Source of the DNA: Bacteriovorax sp.
Lineage (GTDB): Bacteria > Bdellovibrionota > Bacteriovoracia > Bacteriovoracales > Bacteriovoracaceae
Length of the DNA: 45,157 nucleotides
Assembly (NCBI GenBank): GCA_030654205.1
Contig: JAURXW010000297.1
Location: 1 to 45,157, forward strand
Direction of reading: 5' to 3'
Position 1 is the stretch's first letter. Each line of letters starts with the position of its first letter. The position numbers and the translations under genes are program-made. Below are positions 39,463-45,157 of the stretch, in pieces. A model generated the notes under the pieces. It saw nothing but the letters and a program-made list of their open reading frames with translations, had not been told where the DNA came from and ran no database searches.

Positions 39463-40173
39463 ATGAAAAAGACAACCAATGTTTCGTGTGAGAATTGCGT
39501 TTCTAAAAGTGAAGGTATTTTTTGTGATTTAGGAATTCCTGAAATGGACCAAATTTCACATCATAAAATCAACAATACCTACAAAAAAGGTCAAACTCTT
39601 TTTATCCAGGGTAATCACCCATTTGGAATTTACTGTATCAGTAACGGAAACATTAAATTAACCAAAACAGGGTTAGACGGAAAAGAAACAATAGTCAGAA
39701 TTGCCCATGGTGGGGATATTTTAGGTCATCGCAGTTTATTTACTGATGATAATTACTCGGCCACAGCGACAGCCATGGAAGATACCGAGGTTTGTTTTAT
39801 AGATAAAAAATTTATATTAAAAATTATCGAAAACAATCCAAGTGTTGCACTAAGTATAATTAATAAACTTTCTCGAGATATGGGGGCAGCTGAAAGTAAA
39901 CTTTCTTCGCTTCATCAAAAAAATGTTCGTGAACGTTTAGCAGAACTCATTCTGTCCCTTAAGGCCAGCCATGGGGTTAAGGAAAATGGGCGCTGGAAAA
40001 TTGATCTTAAGTTAACTCGTGAAGAAATGGCCACAATGATTGGGACGGCCAATGAAACTCTTATTCGTTTCATGACTGAATTTAAAGATGCGGGTATCCT
40101 TGAACAAGAAGGGAAAACAATTTTTATTAAGGATGAAGAAGAGCTCCTTAATTGGGCCAATATTAATTATTAA
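39463..40173 (+). CDS. Crp/Fnr family regulator with FNR-like Cys cluster
   Basis: CENC-x8-C plus TEVC, and HTH TREEMATMIGTANETLIR. Lies upstream of the cco genes. ATG at 39463 preferred. Confidence 0.9.
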   Translation: MKKTTNVSCENCVSKSEGIFCDLGIPEMDQISHHKINNTYKKGQTLFIQGNHPFGIYCISNGNIKLTKTGLDGKETIVRIAHGGDILGHRSLFTDDNYSATATAMEDTEVCFIDKKFILKIIENNPSVALSIINKLSRDMGAAESKLSSLHQKNVRERLAELILSLKASHGVKENGRWKIDLKLTREEMATMIGTANETLIRFMTEFKDAGILEQEGKTIFIKDEEELLNWANINY

Positions 40174-40244
40174 TATATTTAATTAATTTCAAAAAGCTGA
40201 TACAGATTATATTCACTCTCTTAAAGCTCATTTATGATTGAAGT

Positions 40245-40604
40245 ATGAGTATACTAACTTCTATTAAACTTGAAACTGCATCGATTTGTGAGATAACAAA
40301 GCTATCTACTCAAAAAAGATTTTCAACAAGCTCACCTCTTTTCTACGAAGGGCAAATTCCAATTGTTGCCTATCTATTACTCGAAGGATGTATTCAGCTT
40401 TTAAAAAATAAAAAAATAAAGCATATCTTACGTCCAGGTTCTTTAATCGGATTGGATGAATTAATGAGCAATTCACCTTCGAAGCATGAAGCCTTCGTGC
40501 ATGCAGAAAGCACTTTGTGTTTCTTAGATAAAAGTACTATCCTTGAAATTATCCATGAAGAAAACTCTTCTCTGGCTTTTTTACTTAGGGACAAAGCAAA
40601 ATGA
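40245..40604 (+). CDS. Stand-alone cyclic-nucleotide-binding (Crp effector-type) domain protein
   Basis: LFYEGQ...YLLLEGCIQL...LRPGSLIG...A..ESTLCFLDK; no HTH; ATGA overlap with ccoI. Confidence 0.7.
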   Translation: MSILTSIKLETASICEITKLSTQKRFSTSSPLFYEGQIPIVAYLLLEGCIQLLKNKKIKHILRPGSLIGLDELMSNSPSKHEAFVHAESTLCFLDKSTILEIIHEENSSLAFLLRDKAK

Positions 40605-42961
40605 GTCTCTGTGTTCATTGTGACGAAAAAATCCTAATTCCTGTTTTTAACGATTTCGATCAAAATCAAACTGAAGCATTTTGTTGTTTTGGCTGTATGA
40701 CCGTTTTCAATGTCATTAATAGCAAAGGTCTCGAGAAATATTACGAAATAAAAAAACAATCTGCTATTTTCAAAAGAAGATCACCGGCAGAAAGTAAATA
40801 TCAACAATTTTCTTACCTCGATAATAGTGAATTTTTATCTGATTACTCTTATGAAGATCTCGCTTCTCATAAAACTATGGAGTTTTATCTTGAGGGAATT
40901 CATTGCCTCGCTTGTCTTTGGCTAATTGAAAAATTACCTGAATATTTAGATGATGTCTTGATCTGCAGACTTGATATGCAAAGATCAGTTGCAACGGTTT
41001 CGCTTAAGAGTGAGGGGCAATTTTCCAATATTGCACGAGAACTAAACAATCTGGGATACAAACCCCATCCACTTAAAAGAAATCAAAATATTAATAATTT
41101 AAAAAAGCATGAAGAAAGAAAAATGCTTTTAAAAATTGGTATTGCAGGAGCAGCGGCCGGAAACATCATGCTTTATGCCGTCTCCATTTACGCAGGGGCC
41201 GAAGGCAAATTTGCAGAAACTTTTAACTTATTAACCGTTTTATTTGCACTTCCAGTCCTTTTTTATTCTGCGACACCTTTTTATTCGAATGCATGGAATG
41301 CCATAAAAAACAAAACTCTCTCGATTGATATTCCCATCTCAATGGCATTAATAATGGGAGCATTGTCGGGATTTTATAATCTTTTTATTGGTGTTCATGA
41401 AAACTTTTTCGATTCTCTAACCGCTTTGGTTTTTCTTTTACTACTCTCTCGATATTTTTTAAATAAAATTCAAGAAGAAGGTTTAACAGCTAATGATCTT
41501 AACTTTTTTTATGAAGGCAATAGTATTCAAAAACAAGTTGATGATACTTTTATTGAAATTCATCCGCATTTTTTAAAAATTGATGACGTTATTAAAGTTT
41601 CTAGTAACGAAATGATACCAGCTGACGGAATTATAGTTCAAGGTTCCAGCTTGATAAACAATTCTCTTTTAACCGGTGAATCACGACCTGTTAATGTCAC
41701 AACTCAGGATCATGTTTTTTCAGGAACAATTAACTTAGCAAACCCACTCTTGATAAAAGTCGAAAAGATTAAAGATGATTCCCGAATCGGTAAAATATTA
41801 AAGCAAATCGAAAACGGATGGATTCAAAAATCTCCAATAGTCGATCTTACAAATAAAATATCTAAATACTTTGTAGCCGCAGTCTTCATGTTGGCCGTCA
41901 TACTTTTTTTAAATCTCTATCTACAAGGTAAAACCAAAACTGCATTAGACAGAGCATTCACCTTGTTGATTGTCACATGTCCTTGTGCCCTCGCACTCGC
42001 AACTCCATTAACATTAACCAGAACATTGTCACGGGCTTCAAGAATCGGAATTATTATTAAAAACAATGAAGTTATTGAAAAACTGGCTTCTATAAATACT
42101 GTGTTCTTAGATAAAACTGGAACGCTTACTTATGGTATACTCAAGGTCGATAGTTTTAATATTTTATCAAAATCCCGCTTGCCCATCTATGAAATCATTA
42201 GCAGTCTAGAAAAATATTCAAATCACCCTGTCGCTACTGCGCTCAAAGAATTTTCTCTCGAGAAAAATGCTACTCTTGTCCATAACGTTAAAAACTACCA
42301 GGAAATAATGGGCTCAGGCGTAAGTGGTGAAATCAATAATCACTTCTATGAAATTAAAAATGGTAAAATTTTTGAAGACAATATTTGCGTTGCTGAATTT
42401 TCACTCCTTGACCACTTACGTGCTGATACCAATGAAGCCGTTACTAGCCTTAAAAATCTCGGCTTAAATGTAAAAATGCTCTCGGGTGATCATCAATCTG
42501 TAGCACTTCCAATTGCCAAACTCGCAGGCATTAATGACGAAAATGTTTTTTTCGAAATCACTCCGGAAAATAAGTTAGCAATGATTGAAAAAAATGCCCA
42601 TACTTTAATGGTGGGAGATGGCGCCAATGATGCAATGGCATTAAGTCGGGCTTTCGTTAGTGTCGCAGTTTTAGGATCTTTAGATATTTCTTTAAAGGCC
42701 GCGGATATTTATCTAACCACACCAGGTATTTCACATGTGGCGAATTTAATTACAATTTCAAAAGAAACAATGAAAGTTGTTAAAAGAAATCTCGTCCTTT
42801 CATTAATTTATAATTCATTTTCAGTTTATGCTGCATTCACAGGTATGATTTCCCCTCTCGTTGCAGCGATTATTATGCCTCTTTCATCACTAACTGTTTT
42901 AACTTCTACGATAATTGGTACAAAAAAACTTAATGCCTATTTAAAAATGGGAGCTCACTAA
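40601..42961 (+). CDS. ccoI: cbb3 oxidase assembly Cu-transporting P1B-type ATPase CcoI/FixI
   Basis: CVHC...FCCFGC, IHCLACLWLIE, TGES, CPCAL, DKTGT, GDGAND, YN and MPLSS motifs. Confidence 0.92.
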   Translation: MSLCVHCDEKILIPVFNDFDQNQTEAFCCFGCMTVFNVINSKGLEKYYEIKKQSAIFKRRSPAESKYQQFSYLDNSEFLSDYSYEDLASHKTMEFYLEGIHCLACLWLIEKLPEYLDDVLICRLDMQRSVATVSLKSEGQFSNIARELNNLGYKPHPLKRNQNINNLKKHEERKMLLKIGIAGAAAGNIMLYAVSIYAGAEGKFAETFNLLTVLFALPVLFYSATPFYSNAWNAIKNKTLSIDIPISMALIMGALSGFYNLFIGVHENFFDSLTALVFLLLLSRYFLNKIQEEGLTANDLNFFYEGNSIQKQVDDTFIEIHPHFLKIDDVIKVSSNEMIPADGIIVQGSSLINNSLLTGESRPVNVTTQDHVFSGTINLANPLLIKVEKIKDDSRIGKILKQIENGWIQKSPIVDLTNKISKYFVAAVFMLAVILFLNLYLQGKTKTALDRAFTLLIVTCPCALALATPLTLTRTLSRASRIGIIIKNNEVIEKLASINTVFLDKTGTLTYGILKVDSFNILSKSRLPIYEIISSLEKYSNHPVATALKEFSLEKNATLVHNVKNYQEIMGSGVSGEINNHFYEIKNGKIFEDNICVAEFSLLDHLRADTNEAVTSLKNLGLNVKMLSGDHQSVALPIAKLAGINDENVFFEITPENKLAMIEKNAHTLMVGDGANDAMALSRAFVSVAVLGSLDISLKAADIYLTTPGISHVANLITISKETMKVVKRNLVLSLIYNSFSVYAAFTGMISPLVAAIIMPLSSLTVLTSTIIGTKKLNAYLKMGAH

Positions 42962-42962
42962 A

Positions 42963-43148
42963 ATGGAAGTGATTACACTTTTACTTCCTCTTGCCATATT
43001 GCTGGCACTTCTTTTTATCATCGGATTTATATGGATGACAGTTAAAGGCCAATATGATGATTTAGAAACTCCTGCTATGCGAATGTTAATCGATGAACAA
43101 AATATAAATCCGAAAGGGAATATTATTACTAACAAGGAAAAATCATGA
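42963..43148 (+). CDS. ccoS: cbb3 oxidase assembly protein CcoS/FixS
   Basis: TM helix followed by FIW..KGQYDDLETPAMRML. Confidence 0.92.
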   Translation: MEVITLLLPLAILLALLFIIGFIWMTVKGQYDDLETPAMRMLIDEQNINPKGNIITNKEKS

Positions 43149-45157
43149 GTTCTCCATCTACTTCCAAACGAACAGGTCTTCTCGAGACCTATTCTTACGA
43201 TGATCAAATCGTAAGGTGGTTTGTTATTGCCACCATTATCTGGGGTGCAGTTGCTATGCTCCTGGGTGTTACAATTGCTTTTCAATTAGCAACCTGGAAA
43301 ATGAATTTTGGCCTGCAATGGATCACATTTGGTCGCCTTAGACCACTTCACACCAATGCTGCTATTTTTGCTTTTTGTGGAAATGCGGCTTTTGCGGGAA
43401 TTTATTATTCACATCAAAGACTTTTAAAGGCGAGATTGTTTAATGATTTTTTATCTCGACTTCATTTTTGGGGTTGGCAAGCTATCATCGTGGCAGCGGC
43501 CATAACTCTTCCACTTGGTATGACCAGAGGAAAAGAATATGCTGAACTTGAATGGCCAATAACCATTGCAATCGCAGTTATATGGGTTGTCTTCGCTGTA
43601 AATTTTTTTGGAACTTTAATCAAAAGAAGAGAGCGACATATTTACGTCGCAATTTGGTTTTATATTGCCACAATAATTACTGTTGCTGTTCTTCACATTG
43701 TTAATGGTTTAAGTATTCCCGTTTCAATGACAAAATCTTATTCAGTTTATGCAGGTGTTCAAGATGCACTGGTTCAATGGTGGTATGGCCATAATGCAGT
43801 TGCCTTTTTCTTAACTACACCGTTTTTAGGATTAATGTATTACTTCGTTCCAAAAGCGGCCAATAGACCTGTATACTCTTACCGCTTATCAGTTATTCAC
43901 TTTTGGTCTCTCGTTTTTATCTATATTTGGGCCGGTCCCCACCATCTTTTATACACTACACTTCCAGAATGGGTTCAAACCCTAGGAATGGTTTTCTCAA
44001 TTGCACTTTGGGCACCAAGCTGGGGTGGGATGATTAACGGACTCATGACTCTAAGAGGAGTTTGGGATAAAGTTCGCACTGATCCTGTTTTAAAATTTAT
44101 GGCCCTTGCTCTAACTTTTTATGGGATGTCGACTTTTGAAGGTCCACTTCTTTCCATAAAATCAATAAACGCAATTGGGCATTTTACCGATTGGATCCCA
44201 GGACATGTTCACTCAGGAACAATTGGCTGGAACTATATGTTAATAGCGGGAATTTTGTATTACATGGTTCCAAAACTTTGGAATACAGAAATTTATTCTA
44301 AGAAAATAGCCAACACACAATTTTGGCTGGCCACTATAGGTCTGGCACTTTACTACGTTTCAATGGTTTCAGCAGGTATAACTCAATCACTTATGTGGAG
44401 AGCTATCGATGTTAATGGAAAACTAGTTTATCCAAACTTTATTGAAACAGTTGTAAAAATTGTTCCAATGTATTGGGTACGTGCTTTTGGTGGAACGTTT
44501 GTATTTATTTCATTTTTGCTTATGGTTTACAATCATTACAAAACAATGAAACAAGGCTCTGTTGGCAAAGAGGAAGTTTTTGAAGCCTATGCTTTAGATG
44601 ACTCTTCGATTGAAAAAAATGCCGCTAAACATAGAAAGCTGGAAGGCCTTCCTATGGTCTTTGCAGTCCTTTCTTTATTGGCAATTCTCGTGGGATCTGC
44701 AATTGAAATTGTTCCTTCATTATTATCAAATCAGTATATTACTAAGCTTGATTCCGTGAAGCCTTACACTCCTCTTGAACTTCTCGGAAGAGATATTTAC
44801 GTGCGTGAAGGATGTTATTTATGTCACTCACAAACTGTTCGCCCAATGGCCCATGAAGTTTTGAGATATGGAAAACAATCTGAAGCTGGAGAATTTATTT
44901 ATGATCATCCATTTCAATGGGGATCAAAAAGAACAGGTCCAGACTTGGCCCGAGTTGGTGGCAAATATCCAAACATGTGGCATTATCGACATATGATTAA
45001 TCCGCGCGATGTAACACCTCAATCAATCATGCCAAATTATAAATGGTTAGTTGAACAAAAATTAAATTATACAACTCTGCCTCGAAAATTAAAAGTAATG
45101 AGACAACATGGTGTGCCTTACAGAGATGCTGATATTTCTTCAGGTGTTTCAAATGCT
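43145..45157 (+). CDS. ccoN: Fused cbb3-type cytochrome c oxidase subunits I/II (CcoNO), 3'-truncated by the window edge (not in ORF track)
   Basis: ATG at 43145 overlaps the ccoS stop. FGRLRPLHTNA, QWWYGHNAVAF, WAGPHHL and GHVH continue in frame into GRDIYVREGCYLCHSQ and QWGSKRTGPDLAR. Confidence 0.93.
   Translation, partial: MSSPSTSKRTGLLETYSYDDQIVRWFVIATIIWGAVAMLLGVTIAFQLATWKMNFGLQWITFGRLRPLHTNAAIFAFCGNAAFAGIYYSHQRLLKARLFNDFLSRLHFWGWQAIIVAAAITLPLGMTRGKEYAELEWPITIAIAVIWVVFAVNFFGTLIKRRERHIYVAIWFYIATIITVAVLHIVNGLSIPVSMTKSYSVYAGVQDALVQWWYGHNAVAFFLTTPFLGLMYYFVPKAANRPVYSYRLSVIHFWSLVFIYIWAGPHHLLYTTLPEWVQTLGMVFSIALWAPSWGGMINGLMTLRGVWDKVRTDPVLKFMALALTFYGMSTFEGPLLSIKSINAIGHFTDWIPGHVHSGTIGWNYMLIAGILYYMVPKLWNTEIYSKKIANTQFWLATIGLALYYVSMVSAGITQSLMWRAIDVNGKLVYPNFIETVVKIVPMYWVRAFGGTFVFISFLLMVYNHYKTMKQGSVGKEEVFEAYALDDSSIEKNAAKHRKLEGLPMVFAVLSLLAILVGSAIEIVPSLLSNQYITKLDSVKPYTPLELLGRDIYVREGCYLCHSQTVRPMAHEVLRYGKQSEAGEFIYDHPFQWGSKRTGPDLARVGGKYPNMWHYRHMINPRDVTPQSIMPNYKWLVEQKLNYTTLPRKLKVMRQHGVPYRDADISSGVSNA

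Noticed and set aside
560-43285. Short ORF-track entries nested in or antisense to larger genes (e.g. 560-754, 1529-1756, 23822-24151, 31311-31646, 42941-43285)
   Set aside because: Shadow ORFs of well-supported genes, with no recognisable motifs.
1-45157. CRISPR arrays, tRNA/rRNA, IS elements, prophage or defence islands
   Set aside because: No periodic repeats, structural RNA signatures, transposase/integrase or phage genes were seen.

Overview
AT-rich, densely coding bacterial chromosome segment with about 53 protein-coding genes. I saw no rRNA, tRNA, CRISPR array or mobile element. Gene content and style (fused ccoNO after fnr-ccoI-ccoS, several exported peptidoglycan enzymes, sigma54/sigma28-like promoters) suggest a Bdellovibrionota/Bacteriovorax-like organism; this is inference only. 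Main blocks are a MarR-regulated TolC-MacA-MacB efflux operon with an unannotated small lipoprotein, YgiQ radical SAM, an ElaB/YqjE/AI-2E-like operon, a PLA2-like gene with arfB, ADH, an AlkC/D-like glycosylase, transporters, SLT/3D/MepA cell-wall enzymes, thiolase, an atypical SDR with an SdpA/HTTM-like pair, msrB/GST/FMN reductase, a desaturase, truA, an OmpA lipoprotein and the cbb3 oxidase locus. The standout is a coupled two-gene operon at 11802-15967. It encodes an OvoA-type sulfoxide synthase whose usual methyltransferase domain is replaced by a group II PLP decarboxylase, followed by a class V PLP enzyme (candidate C-S lyase). This looks like a compact pathway to an unmethylated, decarboxylated ovothiol-like thiol such as thiohistamine.
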